NCBI RefSeq assembly: GCF_963921235.1
Contig: NC_086100.1
Coordinates: forward strand, 36,828,001 to 36,892,000
DNA: 64,000 bases
Source: Mobula hypostoma
Lineage: Eukaryota
Direction: 5' to 3'
Shown: in pieces, positions 1-11,432 of the stretch
Layout: each line of letters starts with the position of its first letter
Numbering within the stretch: the first letter of the stretch is position 1
Notes under the pieces: model-generated
Told to the model about the DNA's origin: nothing
The model's input: the letters and a program-made list of their open reading frames with translations, nothing else
Database searches by the model: none
Made by a program: the position numbers and the translations under genes

Positions 1-1004
1 AGTTTAATTGAAGCTTTAAGCAGTTTGCGGATGTTTCATTTTCTCTAATATTCTTAAATTTATTTTCTTCTGCAGATGCTGTACCCATCAAGAATTTAAA
101 ACAAAGCTGTACATAAATTGAAAATAAATAGCCAAGTGGTTTAAATTATCTGGTTGAATGCCTTTACTGTTTTGTTATTTCATATAGTACCGTACAATGG
201 CAACTAAAGAAACCCAAGGATTTGTATGATTGATGGGTGTTAAGCGATCTTCGAATCTACTATTCCCTTAGTATTGAAACTGGCAATAGATGAGTATTTT
301 CCACGAGCAGCTGTGTCAACTGTTCCAAGTAAAATTGAAAAACTGCCCAGTTTTAAATTTTATTGTAGAAAGTCCTTTCTTTGGTGTTTAAAATTTCAGT
401 TTCTATTTTAGTATGTTAAATGATACAAGCTGACAGATTTTAATAGTGAAGGAGTTAGGAGAGTTTGTGCACAAAATCTTTGTAGGTTGTACAAGCTGCA
501 TGAGAGTGTGGTTGAAGCTCAGTCACTAACTGCATTTAATTATCTTGTTGAGTACTAGAATTGCATGGGCATGGAAGACTGTTGAGAAGTCCTGAAGTAG
601 GGCCTCAGCCCAAAATGTCAGCTGTTTACTCTTACAGTAATGGAGGCAGAAGCATAGAAGAGATTTATTGACAATTAGATACAGTTGGACTGATAATGCT
701 TGAAACATTTAGGTCAAGTGGCATATGTGCGAAGAAATGGCCTGGGTTTCAGGTCAACGTCTGTCAAGGCAGAAAAGGTTGTAAATCAAATCAGTTTGAA
801 GTTCTAGAAAAGGCGGGGGGGGGGGAAGAGTTGAAAGAACATAAGTGAAAAGGTAAAGGCAGATGCTGAACATTCTAATATGAAAATGTATAAATTATGA
901 GCTCCTTTTACCATTTAATAATACAGCAAAATTGCACATTCCTGTTGGTCAATAGCAACCAATGACTCCAAACTTCTCTCTTCCTCCCCCCTCCCAGTCA
1001 AACT

Positions 1005-1420
1005 CTCAATCTTATCAAGCAACTATCCCTTAAAAATAATTAAAAAGTTGCTTCCATCACCCTTTGAGGAAAAAGTTCCAAAGACTAGTGTAGGTCTGGA
1101 AGGAGAAAAAGGAAAACTTCAATGTTAAACAGGTTCCTTGGATCTTTTTCCCCTCTCCTACAGATTCCTCATAAGAGGATTGTCCTTTTTACATCCATTC
1201 CTTATAGTCCCATCTGGCTCTTGTACGTTACAACCAGTTTTCTAAACTTCAGTACAACCTTTCCTTTTTTATTTGCCAACTCCTTATTAGTTGAGTAACC
1301 TCTACTAAACTCTAATGCCTTAATATGCTTAATTAAGCAGTCCAAAACTACACAATATCCTGAGTGTCTTACCATTTCCCCGTATAACTAGCATAACCTC
1401 CCTCTTGCATTTAATTCCCA
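1005..1420 (-). mobile_element. Old CR1 LINE 3' fragment
   Basis: Degenerate reverse-complement match to the CR1 ORF2 3' region seen in better copies here (e.g. ccaaaactacacaatatcctgagtgt...tataactagcataacctccc); boundaries approximate. Confidence 0.45.
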
Positions 1421-2807
1421 GCAATCTGCCTTTTGGATGTGAGGTGGAAACCTCTTGCCCATCAAACAACCTGTTTTTGTAGTCTTACTACAAAAGTAGC
1501 CATCTTTCCTACTTGGTGACATGAAATGTAATGACCACACCTTTTATGCTTAGACCCAAGTTATAAATTACAAAATGTATTTCCATAACTTAATTAAATG
1601 TCAACCAGAAAAAGAACTCTTGGATTTTCCCTTTACAAAACCTGCATGTGCCTGATTATTTACAACTTATGTAATTATGATGCTGGAGCACATTTATTAA
1701 TGGCTTAGGAGTTAAAGATGGAATGTGTGAATATGAGAACAAAGTGGAAATAAATTCCAGCAGAGGTAATCAAATTTTCAACATTACAATTATCAACATA
1801 CCAGGGGTTAATGGTTTTATGGAAGGTTGTGTGTGTGAAAGGTAACTTGCTCCATAACCCCAGGAAGAAATGGGGAATCCTGGACAGAAACAACCAAACA
1901 AACCATTCAGCAAATTAGATAGCATCAGTGGCAAGCTGCTGGGAATACATTTAGTCAAGTGAAGTTCATAGTGTAAGGTGACCAGTGGGACCTTTGAAAA
2001 GCTGGAATTTTCCTTGACAGAAAAACAGGCTAAAAGGATATTTCATAATTCTCTAAAAGAGCAAAGAAATTGGGTAATTGGTCTATATTTAATGTTACTA
2101 GTGGCTGAATGACGATTACCATGGATTTATGACAAAAGACAAAACTAAAGCAAAGCCACTAGAACAGAGCACAAGATGTTTTGGCCTATGATGTGCCAAA
2201 CTATAAGATAATGTCACCTAGCCTGGAAGACTAGCAAACCATCAGGGCGCTGGATTTTCATGGCTCTGAAGACGGGCTGATTCAAGGCCGGTGCCCCTGA
2301 CTGAGGTGTCACAGGAGAACACAACATTGGGAGCAGTGGGTTAGCTGCCGGCTGCGTGCCCAGAGGCCTGAGCCTCAGGGCCAATTCTTTGGGCGCAGAG
2401 TTCGGAAAAGGTAATGCAACAGACTTAACGTAAATCAGCGAGTTGTTTGTTACATCTCCCCTCGATGTGAAACAGGGACACCTCTGGGGAGAGAGAGTGT
2501 CTGTGATATGTTGAATTACCAGGTGAACAAGTAGTCTTCGCAGTACCAGGATACTGCAAGTCTGTCTTGATGCTGTGCTGCACACTTGAGTGCTCAGTGG
2601 AGGGCACCGATTTTTTTTTTGGCTGGGGGTGGGGGAGTCCTTTGGCAGTCTAACATATAACTGTCATTTAGTCTTTGGGGGGGCACTCTTGGTGGACGTT
2701 TGCAAAGAAAAAGAATTTCAGGATGTATATTGTATATTTCTCTCTGACATTAAATGTACCTACTGAACCTAATCAAACTAATCCTGCATGCAGATGGTCC
2801 ATTATAA

Positions 2808-3505
2808 CAGGGGTCCCCAACCTTTTCTGCACCACGGACCAATTTAATATTGACAATATTCTTGTGGGTGGGGGGTGTTCAAGCAGGGTTAAAGGGTTAA
2901 ACTCACCTCAACATGTCTTTTACAGTTAGGGTTGCCGACTTTCTCACTCCCAAAAGTAGCAGTCAAATCCTGGGACACTTTACCCCAAGAAAGAATACCA
3001 TAACCATGAAGCCTTGCGCGGGCACCTGTGTGTGCAAGCGCATACGCGCTGATTTTTCCCCCCACAAATCTGTTTTGCCTTCATCTTCCCGACTAGACTG
3101 TACATAAATTGTTTCTACTTTATATAGGCTGTGTATTTATCATATCATTCCTGGATTTATGTGTTTGGTATGATTTGTTAGGTTATTTTTTGGGTCTCGG
3201 AACGCTCAAAAATGTTTGCCATATTAATTATTGGTTTTTTGCTTTACGCCATTTCGGCACGAAAGGTTTCATAGGAATGCTCTACCTTAGCGGGGGAAAT
3301 ATGGGACAAGGGCGGTCCCGTATGGGACAAACCAATTTAACCCAATACTGTATACGGGATGTCCCGGCAAATACGGGACAGTTGGCAACCTTATGTTCAA
3401 GTTCAACAGTTTGTGTCAGGGAATGAGGATAGGTGCAGCTGGCTCATATCGTTTCCTCGCGGACCGGTAGCATATGCTTTGCAGTCCGGTGGTTGGGGAC
3501 AGCTG
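2808..3505. mobile_element. Non-autonomous hAT (Charlie-like) element with a nested hAT MITE
   Basis: Termini CAGGGGTCCCCAACC (2808) and GGTTGGGGACAGCTG (3491-3505). Inner element 2884-3393 is flanked by an 8-bp direct repeat TGTTCAAG (2876-2883, 3394-3401) and has GGGACA subterminal repeats. Confidence 0.75.
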
Positions 3506-4244
3506 CTCCTTTTGCCTCATTGGTAGGATCTCAACCCAAATTAGTGACCATTCTTTTACCTCTGCAGATGCTGAGCTGCTGAGAGCCTCCAGCAGTTCAT
3601 AGAGCAATACAACACAGAAACAGGCCCATTGATCCAAATAATATGTGCCAGCCTGACCAGAGCTCTCCACACCCCTCAGCCAGGATCCTATACAAACTTC
3701 TCTTAAATGTTACAATTGGACTTGCACCTACCACTGCCATTGACAGCTAGTTCCACTCTCAGTGGAAAGATTACTTGCAATGCAACTTCCAGAAGTAAAT
3801 ACGTGATTATAATTACCATTATGTTTCTACCCAAACTTACAAACCCTATATTTACTGAAATTATTTTTAGATCGCAGGAAGCAAACTAGCTAAAGGGCAG
3901 AAACTGAAAAGGTGTAATAAATTTTCTTTTGGACTATGGGGAGATGTTGGCACTGTGTTGGTTTATTATGACCACTGGTCCATTATGTCGCTTAAAATGT
4001 ATATTAACATTGCTAAACTGGAGTTTCAATATTTGTAAATTATGCTAAGCTTAAAAATGAAGCAAATGAGTAGAATGGTAGAAGACAAAGATGGATAGAA
4101 AATGCATTTTACCACAGGTGTGATGTAAAAAGTTGAATATATTATCATGTGCAATTATTTATGCATAGGTAAGAAAACCACTTGGAGCAGTACATGGTAT
4201 ATCAGCAGTATTCTCAAGATTAAAAAAAAGTTTTTACATAAAGG

Positions 4245-5200
4245 GGTTCTTCCTGCCAGATGTTGGACCAGATCTTCCACTTGTGAGCACATGCTTCCAC
4301 CTTGTCCAATCTCCCTGCTGCCCCATTCCTACTGTCCTAGAGGTATGCATTTTCTTGACTGCTGCTCGCACCTCTTCCTGGACAAGTTTGTGTCTGGTCC
4401 TGTCAAAACAGGTTGAAGGGAAGCTGCCAAGTCCTGCCTAACAGGGCGCCACTGTCCCAATCAGATCCCTGTGACTCAGCCATCACCAGGTCCTTAGCCT
4501 TTCATTTCTTGTCAGCAGGCATTGAGGTCTGGACAGACAAGTCTTTAGGGATGCTGGAATCTGCACAGCAACAATTGTCTTGCATGGAAAAGCATGAACT
4601 TCAGGGTGCTGAAGGGAAGCAGCAGTTTATTTCTCTTCCCATACAGTGCAATGCTGCTCAGGTTATGGGAGGCCCAGCCATCTTCGAAGATAGCCATTGA
4701 TCTTTCTTTCAAGAGCCTCAGCTGTAAGTGTGGGTATGTCATGCACCAGCATGGAGCAGAGGATACCAAGCTGGTGGATCCAGGCCTTGAACTTGCCAGG
4801 TAGGCCCAACTCATCCGCACTGGCGAACCAGACTTGTAACTCCTTGGTGGTCTTCCGGGTGGCAGCCGAGTCTAGCCTGCAGTCAGACCTTCTCCAGACA
4901 ATATCAACTCATTTCTCAGAGATTGATGAGATAGCAATCCCATTCAAAGAGAAACAGAACTTGTCGGTGAAACTGCCTTTTATTTCAACAGCAGAGACCT
5001 GGATTTCTCTGGCTTAAAGCTCATCTTTACCCATGCGTTGAGCGTCATTGTCCCCTGGAGGATACATCTGCAGCATGGGACTGGTGTAGTTGTCACCATG
5101 TGGTCATCTATGAAGGCTCTGATTGGGGTTGCTGTACGCCTGTCTTAATGAGACAGCCTCTACACTCTTTGAACCTAGTTGTGTGGGATTAACCCCAAGC
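4245..5200 (-). mobile_element. HERO-type (R2-group) non-LTR retrotransposon fragment, RT C-terminal half
   Basis: Minus-strand frames give PIRAFIDD (5103-5117 = AFIDD), WVKMSFKPEKSRSL, GLPGKFKAWIHQ and LSSIALYGKRNKLLLPFS, which match HERO ORFs as I recall them; frameshifted. Confidence 0.75.
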
Positions 5201-5305
5201 ATTGAAGATGTTTGATTATAATTCTCTTGGGGTAGCGCCTCCTGTAGCTACCAATATTGGGGAGGCATGTGCCCATGATGCTTTGGGCAGAGTCCACTAC
5301 TCTCA

Positions 5306-5530
5306 GCTTATTACGTTCCTGCGCATTCAAGCTGCCGTACCAGGCTATGACACAACCAGTCAGGATACTTTCAACAGTACGTCTGCAGAAGGTTGTTAAA
5401 AGTTAAATAATAAGCTGAACTCCAAAGAAAGTAAAGATGCTGCAACATTTATAGGCCAGATCCAGGACTGGTCATCCAATATGTTCAAGCCCAGGAATTT
5501 AAAGCTGCTGACTCTCTTCAGAATTAATCT
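5306..5530 (-). mobile_element. Rex1/Babar-type LINE fragment
   Basis: Degenerate reverse complement of the Rex/Babar ORF 3' part present at 36218-36942. Confidence 0.55.
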
Positions 5531-5550
5531 CCCAAAGTAGATGTGTACAT

Positions 5551-5780
5551 TCAACACACATAAAAATTGCTGGTGAACGCAGCAGGCCAGGCAGCATCTA
5601 TAGGAAGAGGTACAGTCGACGTTTCGGGCCGAGACCCTTCGTCAGGACTAACTGAAAGAAGAGATATGAAAGTGGGAGGGGGAGAGGGAGATCCAAAATG
5701 ATAGGAAAAGACAGGAGGGGGAAAGGGGAAGATCTGCCAATCAACTTTCTAGCTCTTAGGTCCATCCTTCCCTCTCCTGT
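5551..5780 (-). mobile_element. Penelope-like element terminal (pLTR) fragment
   Basis: caacacacataaaaattgctggtgaacgcagcaggccaggcagcatc head shared with the Penelope copies at 19561, 44690 and 57430. Confidence 0.7.
5614..5649 (-). ncRNA. Minimal type I hammerhead ribozyme motif in a Penelope pLTR
   Basis: Minus strand AGTC-CTGACGA-A-GGG-TCTCGG-CCC-GAAA-CG-TC/GACT: intact CUGANGA and GAAA boxes, stem II GGG/CCC, stem I AGTC/GACT, GUC cleavage triplet, minimal palindromic stem III (ACGT). Confidence 0.65.
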
Positions 5781-7310
5781 CCCAATCTATGTGCAGGTTA
5801 AAGACTCCCATGATAACTGCTGTTCCATTCTTACATGCCTCAGATATTTCTCTGTTTATTGCCTGTGCCACCGTAATCTTATTATTCGGTGGCCAATAGA
5901 CAACTCCCACCAGTGATTTTTTTCCTTTTACTATTTCTAATCTACCCAGATGGATTCAACATTCTGCTCCTTAGATCTTATATCATCTCTATCACCCTGA
6001 TCCCAACCTTAATTAAGAGCGCTACCCCACCTTCCTGCCTATCCTTCCGTATTACCTGATATCCTTGGATATTTAGTTCCCAATCCTCTCCAGCCTGCAA
6101 CCACGCTTCTGTAATGGCCACTAAATCATACCTTTTTGTACTGATTTGTGCCACAAGTTCACTGACCTTACTTCGAATACTATGGGCATTCGGATAGTGA
6201 CCTTACACTCATTGTGGTTTTAAAATCTTGTAAACTTTTGCACTTGACTTTTCTTCACTCCACTCTTACTTTTCTCTTTTGCTTTTTTAACTTTATCCTC
6301 ACATCTCTCTTTTACTTTATCCATACTTCTCCAATCTGTTGAACGCACCCCTGTACTATTTAGTTTAAAGCCTTATCCACAGCCCTAGTTATGCCATTCA
6401 CTGGGATCCAGGTCCCATCACAGTTCAGGTGGAGTCCATCGCATTGGTACAGCTCCCTTCTTCCCCAATACTGTGCCAATTTCCCACGAATTCAAACCCA
6501 CTTCTCCCACACCAATCCTTGAGCTACGCATTTAACTCTCTAATGTTCTTGACCCTATGCCAATTTGCACGTGGCTCAGGTGGTAATCCAGAGATCACCA
6601 CTTTTTTGGTTCTGATTTTTAATTTAGTCCCTAGCTGCTCAAATCCCCTCAGCAGAACCTCTTTCCTCATTCTACCTATGTCATTGGTACCCACATGGAC
6701 CACGACAACTGGATCTTTCCCCTCCTTCTGCAAATCCCTCTGCAGGTCAGATAAGATATCTCAAACCCGGGCACCAGGCAGACAACATATCCTTCGGGAT
6801 GCTCTATTCTCATGACAGAGAGTTCTGTCTATTTCCCTGAATATACTATCCCCAAATACCACCACATTTCTCTCTTTTCCCTCTCTTGAATGGCTCCCTG
6901 AACTACAGTGCCAGTTAGGTAGCTTGTCCTTCCTACAGCCCCCACTCTCATCCACACAGGGAGCAAGAATCTCATACCTGTTGGACTGAGGCTCCTCCAG
7001 CACTGTCTCTTGGATCCCACTTCCCACCTCACTCGCAGTCACACCCTCTTGCCCCTGACCACAGACTGAATTTGAGGCAGCTAATCTAATGGGTGTGGCT
7101 ACCTCCTGAAGCAGAGAATCCAGGTAACTCTCCCCCTCCCTGATGTGCTGCAGTGTTTGAAATTCAGATCCCAGGTCATCAACTTTGAGCCTGAATCCCT
7201 CAAGCAGCCAACACTTGCTGCAAAAGTGTGGTCACCAGGAACCACAATGGGGTCAACCAGCTTCCACAGCATGCAGCTACATACAGCACATCACCTGATC
7301 CTGCATCATC
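5778..7310 (-). mobile_element. CR1 LINE 5' portion (ORF1 SGNH esterase plus start of ORF2 endonuclease)
   Basis: ORFs 6761-7042 (VVVFGDSIFREID...CCLPGARV) and 6524-6733 (VVVHVGTNDIG...VVISGLPP) are esterase blocks; an IMGVFNLHIDW endonuclease-like motif lies near 5780-5815. Confidence 0.85.
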
Positions 7311-8207
7311 CCTTTATTTAATTAGCTGTAATTTAGTGACTTTTTATTCAACCACTACAACAGCCTTACCTGCTCCTTACCTGTGCCTCCCTGCCAAAGC
7401 CTCAAGTTCCCTCTCCTACACTAGTCCACTCACACAATGGATGTTTTGGATGAAAGTTTGACCACAGAGAAAAAAAAATGAGCAATGGGATCTGGTTATA
7501 CAGAGAGAAAAACCTAAATAATGGCACTGATTTACTTAAGGCCTTTAAAGAAATAAATATATTTCTCTCATTGACCTGTTTTCAACACGGCAACCCTGAC
7601 CTCACCCTATCAAAGATATTCCCCTTGATTGTTGCTCAAGGTAGTGTCAAGCTGCGACCTTCATTGAGGCTGCAGCTCAGTTTTCGTTGTATTGTTTGGG
7701 TTTGTGGGGATGGTTTTGGGAACAGAGGAGAGTTAGATGTTAGGTTATGGTTTTAGGGTCAGGGATGTGGAGGAATTAAAGGACAAGTCAAAGTCTGCTC
7801 TGAATTCAAAGGACAGCAATGTAGACATGGGATATCTGTGGACCACTGGGATGTCAGACTGACTGACCAGTGTGGACGAAAGCTGGAAGCTCTCCCATGG
7901 TCAGCGAGCTGTTAGTGTGTTTTGGAATTAGAGTATCAGGAGGGTGGAAGAACTAGGTGCGATGACTCCCTGGGATTGTGAATCAGTGAGTCTGGAGTTT
8001 GCGGTTTGGTGATTGGCAAGTCCTGTTGTCAATGCAGAAGATCAAGGCCCAAGGGTAGAATCAGAAGTCTGGAAGTCAACTCCTTTTGGCCGGAGACCCA
8101 GATCTGTGAATCTCTGCGGGTTCACTGGAATAGTTGGAGCCCCAAGTCCATATCTGAGTCTACTGGAAGCTGAAGAGGATAGACTGTGGTTAGAGGACTA
8201 TGTATGT

Positions 8208-8718
8208 ACCTCTGGTGGGGGAACATGTCGCATCCTTTTCAAGGTGGTTAGTCCACCTTTGGTCCCCACCTGGCACTCAGCTCTCACCTGTGGCTCCTCG
8301 TAGCTGTTTGCATGCGACAGCGGCCACACCCCGGGCGACGGCTTCAACAAGTCAGCTAAACCAGGTGAGGGTAGCCGACGGGTCTCAAACCCTTGGTGAG
8401 ATAGGGGGTTGTCTATCGCAGGCTGATTGAGCAGACGAGACCAATGCAAGGTCCAATGGTCAAGAAGGCGGTCTCTGTAAGCGTCGTGGAACATGTAGAG
8501 CACGACAAGACACAGAAGATGTCCTGGTCATCCACTGTGCCTAGTCCCATCTCCAGCCATCTCGACTCTGTCTTGCCACTAGATCCAGATGGGAATTGGG
8601 AAGACAGAGTGAGGCTGATGCTGCACAACTCTCCCTCACTTAAATCCAAATCATGCACTAGTCTTGACACCATCAATGGCGTTGAGGTCTTCATCGACAA
8701 CAACGATGGAAGAACAAC
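8208..8718 (+). mobile_element. RTE-derived non-autonomous retroelement (5' UTR joined to 3' end)
   Basis: 3' end gagtgaggctgatgctgcacaactctccctcacttaaatcc...gaagaacaac is RTE-like; TSD ATGTATGT (8200-8207) / ATGTACGT (8719-8726); related copy at 42532-43015. Confidence 0.65.
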
Positions 8719-10169
8719 ATGTACGTCAATGGGAGGGAGGAACAGGAGTAGTTTTGCTGCTGTTGTTTTGTTGTTTGGTGTATTCTGTTTGTATTTTGTT
8801 CTGCCAAGAATTGTGATAATCAAATCAGCAATTGGTGGATATACTCAGCAGGTTCGGTAGTATTTGTGGAGAGGGAAAAGGATTAACGTTTGAGCCCAAT
8901 GACCTTTCACCTGATAATTATAGGGTTTTAATGGAAGGACAGAAAGGAGAAGAGCAAATTAAGAGGATATCAAATATAATAATGTCACTATAATTGCATT
9001 CTTCACCCAGAAAATTCTGAGATCATGGGGTCTCCTTACTATAGGAAAAATAAAGATAAGAAAAGTCAGCTAACGTTTAAGGCTTGAGGAAAGATAATTA
9101 TGGATAAAAGTTAGCTTGAAATACAAACATGAACAAACTAGGCATATTTAGTCTGCAACCAGGTAAGTACTGTAAGTATGATGCCCAGAATTCTGCTTTT
9201 ATTGATTTTGAAGTGCTTTCAAAATTAACAGTATTATTAAAATTCAATTTGCAATGTTGTATTAAACAAATCATTTGAAGCTGTCAGATTTTACAGCAGC
9301 ACTCTGTACTGTAGATTCTTCTTCCACTTACTGGTTGAATTCTTTTTTTTGGGGGGGCGGGGAGGACTTGAGCAGCTGAGTGTTTCATACAAAGTGATCT
9401 CCACTGGCAAGTTTCTTTTGCTAATCAAGGCCTTGCCAGAATATGGCTGGGAAACAAACTATCTTGATACAGTGCCAGATTTAAACAAAGGTTGCTTTTA
9501 GCCAATTCATTGTGGGACATGTGAAGAGTTAAGTGTTAAGATTGCTTATTTAAAAAATGTAAACGCTTTTCTATAATTAGTCTTTTTCTAAGCATGTCAA
9601 TAGACCTTAATATGATGACCAGAAAGAGAATTCTGTCAGATTCTATGCAGTTGGTAAGTTTTTCTTAGGTGTGGGGGGGAGGGGGATTAATTCAACTTTC
9701 AAACCACTTTCCCCTTCAAACTTTAGTTGCTGTTTGTGACACTGAAACATCTGTGATTTGTAAAGATATCTACAACTCGCTTTCCCTGTGTTTACCATTC
9801 AGTCTTATTACTATTACAGCATTGTCACTGTTTCATATCACAGTTACCCATTCATCAGTCCTTTACCAAATTAATACTCTACCCATTCTGTATCACTCAT
9901 CTCTTCCAAATTTCACTGTTCACTCTCATTTAGCAGCTGCCTCTCTCAATGTGTGCTTCATTTAGCTTATCATATGCTCTATGACCTCTCTTGCTTATAA
10001 TGTCATTATTTGAAAAAACATGTCATTAGAGGAATTATGTGACTTAGTCAATAGCCCACCTTTGTAATTTACGGCAGTTTAATGAATGACAAACCATAAT
10101 GTCAACATTGAATTTTTTTAAAGGACAACACAAAGATGTACAGTTTACTCCTTGGTCAAAATATATATA

Positions 10170-10530
10170 AGAAATAGAAACATAAGAGCTGGAGTAGGTT
10201 GTTAAGTCTGCTCCACCATTCAATAAGATCTTTCGACTCAGCTCCACCTACCTGCCCTTTCCCCACAACCCATAATTTCTTCAGTATGCAAAAAATTTAT
10301 ATAATTGTATCTTAAATACTGTATATTTAATGTGGTAGCCCCTACTACTTTGGGCAAAGAATTCCACAGATTCACTATTCTGTGGGAAAAGAAGTTTCTT
10401 CTCATCTCCATCATAACCTATTCCCCCATTTCTTTTGGCTTTGTCCCCTAGTTTGAGTCTCATCCATGGAAACAACTTCCATGCCTCTATCTTACCTGTT
10501 TCCACATCTTTGTATTTTCTCTAAAGATAA
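10170..10530 (-). mobile_element. CR1 LINE 3' end
   Basis: gaaatagaaacataagagctggagtagg tail and gaattccacagattcact (reverse of the VNLWNSL-type ORF2 C-terminus). Confidence 0.7.
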
Positions 10531-11139
10531 TTCTAAGCTTTTGTATTATAATAGACATATGGACCTTTGTTTTTAGTATAGGATTGAGCCGCCTTCAATT
10601 GCAAAACCTATTTTTGATATACTGAAGTTTGCAGGAATTACCTAACTTATTCCAAAAAAAATAAATTTTGAATAGGTTAACGTACTTTGGTTTATGCACA
10701 TCGATCAAAGTTTTTAATGGTTGATGCACCATTGAATCATTGTCTGTAATTCTACAGTGAAAACAAGAACCTGATTCTTATCAGAAATAAACCATATTTC
10801 ATTTGGGGGTTCTGCTGAGGCATTGTCAAATAACAGGAAAATCTGAGCAGGTGTTAAAACCTCAAAGAGGAAGAAAGAAAAACCAGATTTAGATATTTAA
10901 TGTAATTTGATCTGAAACTTAGTACAGTCTTGCGAGACCATGGTACATATGGTACATACAAATTTATATGTACAGTAGGTAAACAAATATTGAGACTCAC
11001 TCCACTGTCTCCAAATGAATTAATTCAATTTTCAAAATCCTGAAATGTTTTTTCAGAGATTTAAAATATTAAAATATGTGTAAGTCTGTTAAGAAAGAAC
11101 AACTACTTGAGCCAAAATTAGGACTTTATTAAACATGTG

Positions 11140-11432
11140 ATCTCAATGACTCTCCACGCAGCCTTAGATCACCTGGACTATACAAATACCTATGTCAGAA
11201 TGCTGTTTATTGACTATAGATCAGCAATTAACACCACCATTCCTACAGTGCTGATCGAAAAGCTACAGAATTGGGCTTCTGTACCTCCCTCTACAACTGG
11301 ATCCTCGATTTCCTAACCAGAAGATCACAATCTGTGTAGATTGGTAATAGCATCTACACATCATTGACAATCAACACTGGTGCACCTCAGAGATGTGTGC
11401 TTAGCCCACTGCTCTACTCTCTATACCCATGA
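11140..11432 (+). mobile_element. Rex1/Babar LINE RT fragment (host of the Gypsy insertion)
   Basis: Encodes YVRMLFIDY and GAPQRCVLSPLLYSL-type RT motifs; the matching 3' tail resumes at 14252-14420. Confidence 0.75.

Noticed and set aside
8255-8375. HDV-like ribozyme (P2, P3 and a TCCTCGTA loop are present)
   Set aside because: I could not place P1 or the GG needed for P1.1; kept only as a structured 5' domain
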